From positions 2,728,001 through 2,792,000 of the forward strand of contig CATNEN010000034.1 of the NCBI GenBank assembly GCA_950097015.1: a stretch of 64,000 nt of DNA. The letters run 5' to 3'. The stretch's first letter is position 1. Each line of letters begins with the position of its first letter. Source of the DNA: Macrostomum hystrix (taxonomy: Eukaryota > Animalia > Platyhelminthes). The notes beneath the pieces are model-generated. The model ran no database searches, was not told where the DNA came from, and saw nothing but the letters and a program-made list of their open reading frames with translations. Made by a program: the position numbers and the translations under genes. Positions 12,501-23,374 of this stretch are shown one piece after another.

Positions 12501-13856
12501 GCTGACACTTCCCTTCCTCTGCTGACACTTCCCTTCCTCTGCTGACACTTCCCTTCCTCTGCTAACACTTCCCTTCCTCCCCTGACACTTCCCTTCCTCT
12601 GCTGACACTTCCCTTCCTCTGCTGACACTTCCCTTCCTCTGCTAACACTTCCCTTCCTCCCCTGACACTTCCCTTCCTTTGCTGACACTTCCCTTCCTCT
12701 CCGGACACTTCCCCTCCTCTGCTGACACTTCCCTTCCTCTGCTGACACTTCCCTTCCTCTCCTGACACTTCCCTTCCTCTCCTGACACTTCCCTTCCTCT
12801 GCTGACACTTCCCTTCTTAACCTTTAAGAGTAACAACCCTTCATTTACTCTTGAGGTAAATGCCTGAAATAGGAACTTAGTTTTATCACAGCCGCATTTC
12901 ACAATGATTGGTTCGCAGGCCTCCGTTCAGCCTACCAGCTGCACCAGCGCAACTGGACCCAGCTAGCCAGGTGTGTGCGCTCCCAGCAGTCCAGCCTGGA
13001 CTCGTTCAGCTGTCCGCACCTGCTGCTACAGCTGGGCGCGTATCGCCTGCAAGAGAGCCTGGTCCACTTGCTGGTCTGCGCTCATCCAATGCTGGACACT
13101 CAGCAGCTGGCCACCTACGCTGCCGGGCCCGCTGCCGACTGCGCTCTGCCAGCCCGACTGGAACGGCTTGACCGACTGTTGCACCTGTGCGAAGCCGCCT
13201 TCTCTCTGGCCAGAAGCTGCCTACCCCCGGCCAGGTGAGGCCTAACTGTACTGGCCTAAATTATTTTTGGTGTTAAGCGTTTGTCTGTGTCGTTTTAAGT
13301 TTTTCGATACATATAGGATTGTTTTAATATGCTTCGAATCTGTTTTCCCGAGCACAGATCCCTTATTTCTTTAGTTCACTTCGAATGCGCAGCGCAATAG
13401 CTGCAGCCGTGGCGCTGGCGGTACATCTTTCCAGTTTCTATATGCATTTTTCGATACATATCGGTTAGTTGTCTATTTATTTCCCCATTCCCTGTCAATA
13501 ACAGAGTGGGCCAGTTGGTGCGTGAATTTCTCAGCCTGCTGGCCGCCGGCCGCGGCAACCATCTGGAATTCAACGCCGACGTTGAAGCCAACGAGGCCGG
13601 CTGCGAGCTGCCGCTGCGCTGGGAGCTGCTGGCCGAGCAGCGCGCCGGCCGGGCCTGCCAGACCGGCCGCGTCGTCATCGAGGCCTGCCGACGCCGGCGA
13701 CGCCAGCAGCACCGCGGCCAACGTAACGACGACATCATCGATGACGACGGAGCGACCAGTGCCGCTGTCGCCCCACTCTATCGCTGCACTCTGGGCACCG
13801 ACTGCCGCCTCACCGTGCGCTCAGCCGCCTCCCTGCCTGCCGATGCTGATGAGTGA
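9539..13856 (+). CDS. ZWILCH: ZWILCH-like RZZ kinetochore subunit, 5 exons (9539-10111, 10382-10953, 11398-11792, 12919-13234, 13505-13856), 735 aa
   Basis: All four GT-AG introns are phase-compatible (0,2,1,2). Segments RKPDLAELLWLLARDV..LRRCFELY, PHLLLQLGAYRLQESL, RLERLDRLLHLCE and LPLRWEL resemble, in order, the Zwilch C-terminal motifs (DFxEQLW, MLLEIGLDKL, RVQKLHHILE, PQKWRVE) as recalled; no search was run. Confidence 0.7.
11040..11300. repeat. 22-bp tandem array (CTATGGCGTAGCTTTTTGGTTG), about 7 clean copies plus degenerate flanks, ZWILCH intron 2
   Basis: Visible periodicity. Confidence 0.9.
11826..12817. repeat. 20-bp pyrimidine-rich array (CTGACACTTCCCTTCCTCTG), about 49 copies, ZWILCH intron 3
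   Basis: Visible periodicity; source of the many spurious minus-strand SGEEGKCQ ORFs. Confidence 0.95.
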
Positions 13857-13858
13857 GG

Positions 13859-13948
<90 letters not shown>

Positions 13949-14130
13949 TGTCTGCCTGTCTGTCTGTCTGTCTGTCTGTGTGTCTGTCTGTCTGTCTGTC
14001 TGTGTGTCTGTCTGGCTTTCTGTCTGGCTATCTGTCTGTCTGTGTGTCTGTCTGGCTGTGTGTCTGTCTGGCTGTGTGTCTGTCTGGCTGTGTGTCTGTC
14101 TGGCTGCGTGTCTGTCTGGCTGTCTGCCTG
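13859..14130. repeat. Compound microsatellite: (CCTG)22 followed by TCTG/TGTG/TCTGGC units
   Basis: Starts 2 nt after the ZWILCH stop codon. Confidence 0.95.
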
Positions 14131-14804
14131 TGTAATTGTCACTTATATTATTATTCTATATTATACTATCAGCTCAAGCCGATAATTTATATTCAATTTG
14201 CGCATATATTTAGCTTATTACAAACAATTATCTTGTTACTGATAGTATTTCTACTTGGCGTTTTGCCAAGCGAAATTGTGTTTCTTCTAACTAAAATGAG
14301 TTACATTTAATCTATGCTTCCTCTTGATTATTAGGTGCTATCAGCAAAAGCGAATCAAAAACTTCATTTTTAATGCCGCTTTGAGAGAAAGGCGACTGCA
14401 TTTGATTCCTAACTGCATTAAGCAAATTTTGTTTAAAATTTGTCCTTTTCTGCATTAAAAAGTTTTCTTTTCGTATTTTCGTAACATAAGTGCATTTTGC
14501 GCCTCTGATTTTGCATTGAGTTTTCATAATTTAAACGTAACCGATTTAGGCACGAGTACAGACTTTAGTATATCAACTGTATACAATAAATAATTTAATT
14601 TTCTTAGGACAGCTAAGATAAAGCTACAGATCATTTGGTAAAACATCCTTTGTTTAACATTCTACCCACTCATTTTTACTCTTCTCGTTCTTTTTTAAAT
14701 TTTCATTGAGTCCAAACTAGCACCTGATACAGCTTTTCCTTTATTAAATCCCAGTGTTTGAGTCCTCGCACCTTAATCCATAATTAATTATGCGTCTGGT
14801 ACCC

Positions 14805-15500
14805 CAAGCCCCATGTGTCCACTCCAATCCTCCATGTGTCTTCCCCAATCCTCATGTGTCCACTCCAATCCTCTACTCGTATGTGTCTTTCCCAATCTCC
14901 ATGTGTCTTCCCCAATCCCCATGTGTCTACCCTAATCCCCCTGTGTCTTCCCCAATCCCCTTGTGTCTTCCCCAATCCCCTTGTGTCCACTCCAATCCCC
15001 ATGTGTCCACTCCAATCCCCATGTTTCCACTCCAATCCCTATATGTCCACTCCAATCCCCATGTGTCTTCCCCAATCCCCATGTGTCCACTCCAATCCCC
15101 ATGTGTCTTCCCCAATCCCCTTGTGTCCACTCCAATCCCCATGTGTCTACCCCAATCCCCATGTGTCTACCCTAATCCCCTTGTTTCTTCCCCAATCCCC
15201 TTTTGTCTTCCCCAATCCCCTTGTGTCCACTCCAATCCCCATGTGTCCACTACAATCCCTATGTGTCCACTCCAATCCCCATGTTTCCACTCCAATCCCC
15301 ATGTGTCTACCCTAATCCCCTTGTGTCTTCCCCAATCCCCTTTTGTCTTCCCCAATCCCCTTGTGTCCACTCCAATCCCCATGTGTCCACTACAATCCCT
15401 ATGTGTCCACTCCAATCCCCATGTTTCCACTCCAATCCCTATGTGTCCACTCCAATCCCCATGTGTCTAATCGAATCCCTGTGTCTTCCTCAATCCCCCA
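14805..15500. repeat. 20-bp array (CCAATCCCCATGTGTCCACT), about 35 copies
   Basis: Visible periodicity; ends about 90 nt before the acceptor at 15592-15593. Confidence 0.95.
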
Positions 15501-15598
15501 TGGGGAGTACCCTACCCAACTCCCCCGGGTGTCTTACCCCAAACCCTCAATCCATCAATGCATTAGACATCAATTGATTAGCAAATATTGCAGCCGCC

Positions 15599-15925
15599 AT
15601 GTTGCTAGGCCAAGCCCTGCTTGCTAGCCCCATCGGGCAGGAGCTAAAGCGCGGTCGCCTGAGTCCGCACTTTGCCCGCATGCGCGTGGCCTACCGGTAC
15701 ATTGCCGGCATGGCCGTTCTCGCCGGCGTATGCGTCGCCGGCCTCAGCTTTCACCTGCAGCAGCCGGGTGTCGCCGCCGCATTTGAAGAAGCGCTAGCTA
15801 TGCGTCGATTGGAAGGCAATTACTCTAGGAATCGGGATCGGTTCCATATGCGCCGCCCAGTCACTCCGCCATTGCACACCCAACTGGCCTTTGAGACTGA
15901 CGCCGAGAGTAATAAAATTCTATGA
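15599..15925 (+). CDS. Uncharacterised 108-aa basic protein with one predicted transmembrane helix
   Basis: GC-rich ORF with the same codon style as the real exons, GCCGCCATG Kozak context, preceded by TTGCAG; hydrophobic segment YIAGMAVLAGVCVAGLSF. Confidence 0.65.
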   Translation: MLLGQALLASPIGQELKRGRLSPHFARMRVAYRYIAGMAVLAGVCVAGLSFHLQQPGVAAAFEEALAMRRLEGNYSRNRDRFHMRRPVTPPLHTQLAFETDAESNKIL

Positions 15926-16219
15926 TTAATACTGTCTACTTATCTTAGTTGTGTTTAGCGAATTTACAAAAATACTCGCTTGATAAGAAAGCTTCACATA
16001 TTACTACATGCTGTTCCAGTTTAGTGTTTATCTTAAAATTATGCTAAGCTTTTGTGCTATGTGCATCTAGAGTATGCTTTTAATTTAAATATAATGTTCA
16101 TTCATCTGTATCCATTTGTATTTGTACATGAAGATAATTTTAATGCAACATCTACATATAGTGCATATCTAGCAAGGAAAATGTAATTACAAATCCAATG
16201 AGTTGCATCATAACCATAA

Positions 16220-16530
16220 GAGGTTGTAGCCTAGTGGTTAGGGCGTCGGACTCACAATTTGAAGGTCGGGGTTTCGATTCCCGACTCCGATGGAACAATT
16301 TGTGTCCTTTAGCAAGACACTTAACTCTGCGTTGCTTCAGTTCACCCAGCTGTTAAATGGGTACCAGCATTAGCTGGGATAATTGAAGGTGGGTGTGGCG
16401 TGGCCCCTCACTCCATGGACTGAACAGCTGTACGCAGCCTTGCGCAGATGCGCCACCCAAGAGCTGCGGCTGTGCTGTCGGCAGCACATCTGGTCCAATT
16501 GGGGCAGGTGTAATTAATTATTATTATAAT
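16220..16530 (+). mobile_element. tRNA-derived SINE, family 1 (full length)
   Basis: Pol III A box (TAGCCTAGTGG) and B box (GTTTCGATTCC), conserved core GTGTCCTTTAGCAAGACACTTAACTC..CACCCAGCTGTTAAATGGGTACC, (ATT)n tail; other copies at 26178 and 50415. Confidence 0.85.
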
Positions 16531-18492
16531 TCTTAACCATATTTACCTATTGTTTATACTCAGCAACATTGAAAAGTTTGAATGTTGACCATCCGCGCGA
16601 GGGTGGAAACTTTTCAATGTTGCTGAATGTATACACATAAGCTTGCCCTTTTGCTTGATTTGTCACACCACTAGTTTTGTCACACCATGCACTTCGACCA
16701 ATCAAGTTGAGTAGCAGGAAGTATCTCAGAACAAGGGCTTTGCCAAATATATTTCGCAGACTGTACTATACAGTCACGAAAATCTCAGAAATCACGAATT
16801 TAATTTCATGAACTTTAGGGCGAAGCCCTACATTCTAACCATAGACGAAATAAAATTAACTAAAATCGTTATTCGTGCGTCTAATTTATTTGGATCGTTT
16901 ATTTGGCTCGGGCGAAATGAACAGCTTTAACATTGGACGATAGATTTATTTTAAGCGGCCAAACGGGGTATAAATAACGTAGCTTATAGGCAAGTTACTT
17001 GATCCGAGTAGCATGGCTCGAGAACTATACTGACTTGACTGCGACAACAGTTTGTAACGCAATGATGTCAATTTACTCAATTTTTAATGAAACAGGAGTG
17101 ATAACCGATTCACTCTATGGCTTTGATCAATTAACAGGTAAAAAAAGAAATAAAAGAAAGAATTTTATTCACCCTAATTTGATTAAAGGGAGCCAAGTTG
17201 CAAAGTTGATTGCAGGATTCTGCGCAGTTAAACAAATATCACTAGGTTTGCTACACTTTCCGGTGGCAAATCGTCAATTACAAACTCCATTCGTTCCTTT
17301 CAAGTTATCTGTAATAGGATTACGCGCTTCTAAAATCAAATAAATAGGGTTTATAAACATTACTTTGCATTTTTTGTACTGCCATATTAGAATTTAATTT
17401 CTTATCGGTATTCGAATCGAGCTATTGCTGTGCTGTGCCTTATCCCTGATCCATGCTACGTTCGGGTCGGTTTTAAATCCCGCATAAGCGTGCTGCTAAA
17501 TAACTTCAAATGTGCTGAACAATCAACACTAAACATATATTATACATTTAAGTTTTTTTCTGATTCAACCTTTTCTATCAAGCGAAAAAATCTTACGAAA
17601 TCCTTTATGTTGATAGGCATAGGCCTAGGCCTATTTTTCCTTTTGCCACAAATTTCGATAAGCTTTATTGATTTCACTGTTGATCGGGTCTCGATTTTAG
17701 TTTTTATTTATTGAGCCTGGAAATCTTTAAGTCTTAATTTGACCTGTGCCATATTTCATGTTTTCTGATGACTTGACTCAGATGTCTATTATTGCTGATT
17801 TAGATAGAACAAATGATTCCTAGGGCCTAATGAGAAGTAATTTCGTTGAAAACCATGCACATGGCATATCAGTGGCAAGTTGAAATGCTAATGCCAGCTT
17901 GTCTAAATAAATTAATAAGGCATCTAATAGTGAATTTGTGATGATTTTTTTCATTTAGCGAGGCCCTTTATCTTTAAAGTTTATTTTTGGTAAATGCTTT
18001 AGAAGCATATATATTATCATAGTATGGTTATGGGTCAAGCAAGATTTTTATAACATGAAAGCCTATTGTAATTATCCACAATTATACTATACACAAGAGC
18101 AACAAATATTCAGTATGAAAATTAAGTGAGGAAGCCAACAGGGGGTCTGTGTAAACAAACACCAAAAAATGAAATGGGACCACAATGGACTACATTAGAA
18201 CAGAGGCAGTAGATTTTAAATATTCTATTTTTTATTTAGCTTTAAGAGCTCTGCTGATTTCTATTTAATATTTGTCCTAATTAGGCCCCTAAAGCCTCAG
18301 CTTAAATACTTAAAAGTAACAGATTTTTTTACTTGTAATAGCAGAGAGCTATAGTTTTTAATTGAATGAGTTTTTAGTTTCATTTTTCATATTTTCATTA
18401 TCTTATATAATATAGTTTTGTGTGCAAGAAAAATATTTGATAGACCCAGAAGATAACCCATGATAGACTAAATTATTACTTCTATGAATCAT

Positions 18493-19065
18493 TTGGCATT
18501 CTTTTTTAATTGTTCCTTAAACTGTTTTTCTGAAAACTTTCATTTCAAATCAATACAATAAGTTGGAATTTAGATCAATAAGGTTGCTTTTTTTACTTAA
18601 CAAACTAGGGCTGCTTCTTAGGTTCTGGGGAACTTGTCTATGGCAAATGTTCAGTGTGGGGAGAGATAAAAGCAAAAATGGTTAGGAGTGTCTATGGCCA
18701 AAATGGATAAGCTGTTTAGCAGGAGAGGTATTAGCAAATTTCTAGAGGCTGTGGATCAGAGCAAACATGCTCTACTAATTTTCTATGATTTACTAACAGA
18801 CACTTTAAGTCCATTAACACCAGGAGGCTGCCCAGTAGCACTGTTATTTATTGTGGATCTAAACTCCATTACTATTACCCCTGCTGAATTTTTGACACAC
18901 AATTTGGCAGAATTTGGACACAACATTTGATGCTCATCATATCATTGTTTCCAAATGTTTAAATGTTTACCATTGTTTCAAAATGATTTCCCAATGTTCT
19001 TGCATAGATTGGAAATGAAACTTTTCAGAAAAACAATTTAATGAATGATTTGGAAAGAATGCCAA
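18493..19065. mobile_element. Old TIR-bounded non-autonomous element (about 570 bp) with a PSMC4-like internal fragment
   Basis: 18493-18557 and 19001-19065 are inverted copies with 54/65 identity without gaps (hand alignment). Confidence 0.6.
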
Positions 19066-20021
19066 TCATTTTTTTAATTTAGGAATATGTGAGTTTTGAG
19101 TGCTTTAGTGTTGCATTATAGAAAGCTTCCCTTTCTAAAATTGTCTTTATAGTTACTGTGCAATCGGCTAATTCTTTAGTTGTAACAAATGTGGGATTTA
19201 ACAGCTAAGGGATATTTTCATAGATGGTACCTGGTATACCTTCACCATGGCGTACATAGTCTAACTAGTCTTAATTAGTGACATTAATTTAGATCTAGCT
19301 AGACTCTTCTAGATGAAAATGGTATATTAGTATTTAAGAATAAAAAGAAACATAGGCTACTCTCCATTTATATTTAGTTCATGTGCTAGACTTAAGAAAA
19401 ATGTAACTTGTTTAATATTAGCAACAATAATAAGCATTTTTGCTTCTTGACCCATTGACCAAACCTCCAAGGGGCTGAAGTAAACAAGATTTTTTTATAT
19501 TTTAAAGGTAAAATATAAAAAACACAAAAATATTTAAAGAAATAGTTTTGAAGCACAAAGTACAAAATGATATACATTTTTACCTGAAAATGTTTCATTT
19601 GTTTTGTATGTAATAAATACGTTTTTATACAATTTTTTAGATTTTCTTTGTTTGTCCTCAGGTTAAACATTCTTGTTATTATTTTTTTTGCCAATTTTAC
19701 TATAAATTTCTATAGACAGTCCTTAGTGAATTCCAATAGTACTGAACTTGCATTCTAATAAATAATTGTCTACCCATACATTTGTCATACAATTAGATGT
19801 GCTAGAAATTAATTAGGGAAAAATATGATTTAGTAAGTATGTAGTTGGAAAATTATGTATTTCTTTCAGAATCACTATCTACCTTTTAGTTATTAAGTGT
19901 GTTTAAGCAATTATTTAACATGTGAATTTCAACAATTATCTAATGCACTCCACAGAGAAACTATTACAAGAGAAGTTTGTAAATTAAATAAACATTCAGT
20001 GCAACTGAACAGTAAATAAGC

Positions 20022-22141
20022 ATGGAAGAGATCGGTCTACCGCCGTCTGGCTCAGACAAGGAGCTATCAGACTTGTCCTTGGCCGCCGACTCGGCTATCC
20101 GGCCAGGCAGCGGTCTGTCCTCTGTGCCGGCCGACCCAACCCAGCTGGACTCTGACGACCTGTTTGTTAGACTGAAGCGCCTGCAGCGCGAATTGGAATT
20201 CTTAGACGTGCAGGAGAGCTATGTTAAAGACGAGCAGAAAAACCTCAAGAAGGAGTTCCTGCACGCCCAGGAGGAGGTGAAGCGAATCCAGAGTGTGCCG
20301 CTGGTCATTGGCCAGTTTCTAGAGGCTGTGGATCAGAACTACGGCATAGTTGGCTCAACCACCGGCTCCAACTATTATGTTCGCATTCTGAGCACCCTGG
20401 ATCGCGAGTCCCTACGCCCCAGCGCGTCGGTAGCCCTGCACAAGCACAGCAACGCCCTGGTCGATGTCTTACCGCCTGAGGCCGACTCAAGCATCAGCAT
20501 GCTGTCGGCGGATGAGAAGCCCGACGTAACCTACGCCGACATTGGCGGCATGGACATTCAGAAACAGGAGGTGCGCGAAGCTGTCGAACTGCCTCTGACG
20601 CATTTTGAGCTCTATCGACAGATTGGCATCGATCCGCCGCGCGGTGTGCTAATGTTCGGACCGCCTGGTGAGTTGAAATCACTTTTGCACATTTGTCCTA
20701 TATTTCGTTTTTACATCTGTGGATCCTACTTCGAAATCCCTAAAGTATTAGTAAAATTTAACTATTTTCTATTTATTTTCCTATTTTTGAAATCCCACTC
20801 TTGTTCTCAGCTTCAAGTGTCCATCACTATCTCTAGATTTCCAATTTTATTTGTCATAATTTTAAGATTTGTACGAGTATCTATTATCCTCATTTGAGAC
20901 GCCACTTAAATGACAATGCATGACATTTTTTGTCTTCCCATCCTAAATCTCACCTTTTATTCTGCTCATTTTATGAGCCAATCGCTAGATTCTCCTCATA
21001 TCGAATCCCCTTTCCATTGTCCTCACTTCAAAATATCCCATCGTAATTCTCATCAATTCAAATTTCATCCCGATTCGCCTCATTCTAAAATATTATCCTT
21101 GATTCTCCTCAGTTTGAAATTCAATTAACAGATTCTCTTGATTTCGAAACACCATCCACATTGTCCTTATTTTAAAATATCCCATCGTACTTCTCCTCAA
21201 TTCAACTTGCATATTCTCTTTATTTTAAAATCCCATCATAAATTATCATTTTGAAATTCTATTCTCAGATACTTTTAATATCAAAAACCCACCCACGTTG
21301 TCCTTATTTTAAAATATTCCATCGTTATTTCTTCGTTTTGAAGTCCCACCAATTCACCCACCCAATGCCATCCTAATTGTCTTTATTTGTTTAAATTCTA
21401 TTAGATTCTTATCATTTTAAATCATATAAATCATATCCATTCGCGATAGTAAATTCCTATTTTTATTGATCAATTTGGAAATAAAAGAACCATTTATTGA
21501 ACCCCGCAGGCACTGGCAAGACCATGCTGGCCAAAGCGGTAGCGCATCACACCACCGCCTCTTTCATTCGCGTTGTCGGCAGCGAGTTTGTTCAGAAATA
21601 CTTGGGCGAAGGTCCGCGCATGGTGCGCGACGTATTCAGGCTGGCTAAAGAGAACGCACCCGCCATCATCTTTATAGACGAAGTTGACGCCATCGCCACT
21701 AAACGATTCGACGCCCAGACTGGCGCCGATCGCGAAGTCCAACGCATCCTACTGGAGCTGCTGAACCAGATGGACGGATTCGACCAGACTGTCAACGTCA
21801 AGGTGATCATGGCCACTAACCGGGCCGACACCCTCGACCCGGCCCTGCTCCGCCCGGGTCGGCTAGATCGAAAAATCGAATTCCCGATGCCCGATAGGCG
21901 GCAGAAGCGTCTGATCTTTCAAACCATCGCCGGCAAGATGAACCTGTCAGATGAAGTCGATCTTGAAGACTACGTTGCCAGGCCGGATAAGATCACCGGC
22001 GCTGACATCAACGCCATCTGCCAGGAGGCCGGCATGCAGGCGGTGCGAGAGAATCGCTACGTTGTGCTGCCCAAGGACTTCGAGAAGGGCTACAAGGCCA
22101 GCCTGAAGAAGGATACGCAGGATTTGGAGTTCTACAATTGA
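20022..22141 (+). CDS. PSMC4: 26S proteasome AAA-ATPase Rpt3, 2 exons (20022-20667, 21510-22141), 425 aa
   Basis: [37 protein letters not shown], Walker A GPPG|TGKT across a phase-1 intron, Walker [24 protein letters not shown]-terminal EFYN. Confidence 0.96.
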
Positions 22142-22326
22142 TTGTGCTTTACTTATTCAGTCCTTATTATTTGCGCAGTTGTGCACTTTATACCTGTGCC
22201 CCGCCCCCCCAAACGTACTATTAGTAAACATTGGCCAACTAAGATTGTCGGAAGAAAACGTGTTGACTCAATTTATTACAGTTGCTAAGAGAGACAAACC
22301 AGCGCAGTTTTAACCTATGCTATTGA

Positions 22327-22332
22327 AATAAA
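22327..22332 (+). terminator. Probable PSMC4 polyadenylation signal AATAAA
   Basis: 186 nt after the stop codon and followed by a GT/T-rich element. Confidence 0.5.
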
Positions 22333-22749
22333 AACTTGTGTTATTTTTTGTTGTGCAAATTTTCTGTTAGGTTTGGCGCCATGCATTTTTGTATGCTCTA
22401 TTCATTAGCTTATTACTGCCTATGTCAGTAATCATAATTATATTATTCGTATTTAATTTTGTGACACCGGGATACCTTGTTATAAACCAATAGGGGAAAA
22501 CTACTTTTCTACGTAACGCCATTCTACAAAGTCTAAAGAGATAAGATAAAAGCAATGAAAAATCTAATACAAATAAATTAAATAATTCCGCTGTCTAGCA
22601 CGTTTGTCAAAATGTGTTTGCTTTATTTACTTAGCGCTATAGTTTTCTTTCTTTTCTCTCATACAAGGACGACAATAGGATGTCTAAAACTTCAGGTTCA
22701 GTATTTTCTTGCTATGGCAATCACATCCCAAGATTACCAGCCCGCATAA

Positions 22750-23255
22750 AACCCCCAATTCTCCCGAATGAAATCCCCAGATTGCACAGCCACCCCGCAT
22801 CAAATCCCCAGATTGCCCAGCCACCCCGCATCAAATCCCCAGATTGCACAGCCACCCCGCATCAAATCCCCAGATTGCACAGCCACCCCGCATCAAATCC
22901 CCAGATTGCACAGCCACCCTGCATCAAATCCCCAGATTGCACAGCCACCCTGCATCAAATCCCCAGATTGCACAGCCACCCCGCATCAAATCCCCAGATT
23001 GCACAGCCACCCCGCATCAAATCCCCAGATTGCACAGCCACCCCGCATCAAATCCCCAGATTGCACAGCCATCCCGCATCAAATCCCCAGATTGCACAGC
23101 CACCCCGCATCAAATCCCCAGATTGCACAGCCACCCCGCATCAAATCCCCAGATTGCACAGCCACCCCGCATCAAATCCCCAGATTGCACAGCCACCCCG
23201 CATCAAATCCCCAGATTGCACAGCCACCCCGCATCAAATCCCCAGATTGCACAGC
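22750..23255. repeat. 31-bp array (CAGCCACCCCGCATCAAATCCCCAGATTGCA), about 16 copies, between PSMC4 and PSMD14
   Basis: Visible periodicity. Confidence 0.95.
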
Positions 23256-23374
23256 GACCTGTCATCTCAGTGTGTTATTTTTCATTGCAGCAATATTCAC
23301 ACTGTTATAGAGACAGCACAAAGCTCAGATTTGCTATTGAAATCACCTGCCACCTGTATTAAATCTCCAGTACA

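Noticed and set aside
11714-15627. Many overlapping ORFs with repeated peptides (SGEEGKCQ, PACL, PIPMC)
   Set aside because: Translations of stop-free minisatellites lying in introns or spacers.
16220-16300. tRNA-like sequence (also at 26178, 50640, 48775, 53550)
   Set aside because: A and B boxes are present but the acceptor and anticodon stems do not close, and each continues into a shared SINE body, so these are not tRNA genes.
16999-17714. ORFs of 114 and 94 aa, with a donor-like CAG|GTAAAA at about 17138
   Set aside because: No recognisable domain and AT-rich codons; could be a non-coding 5' exon of PSMC4, but unsupported.
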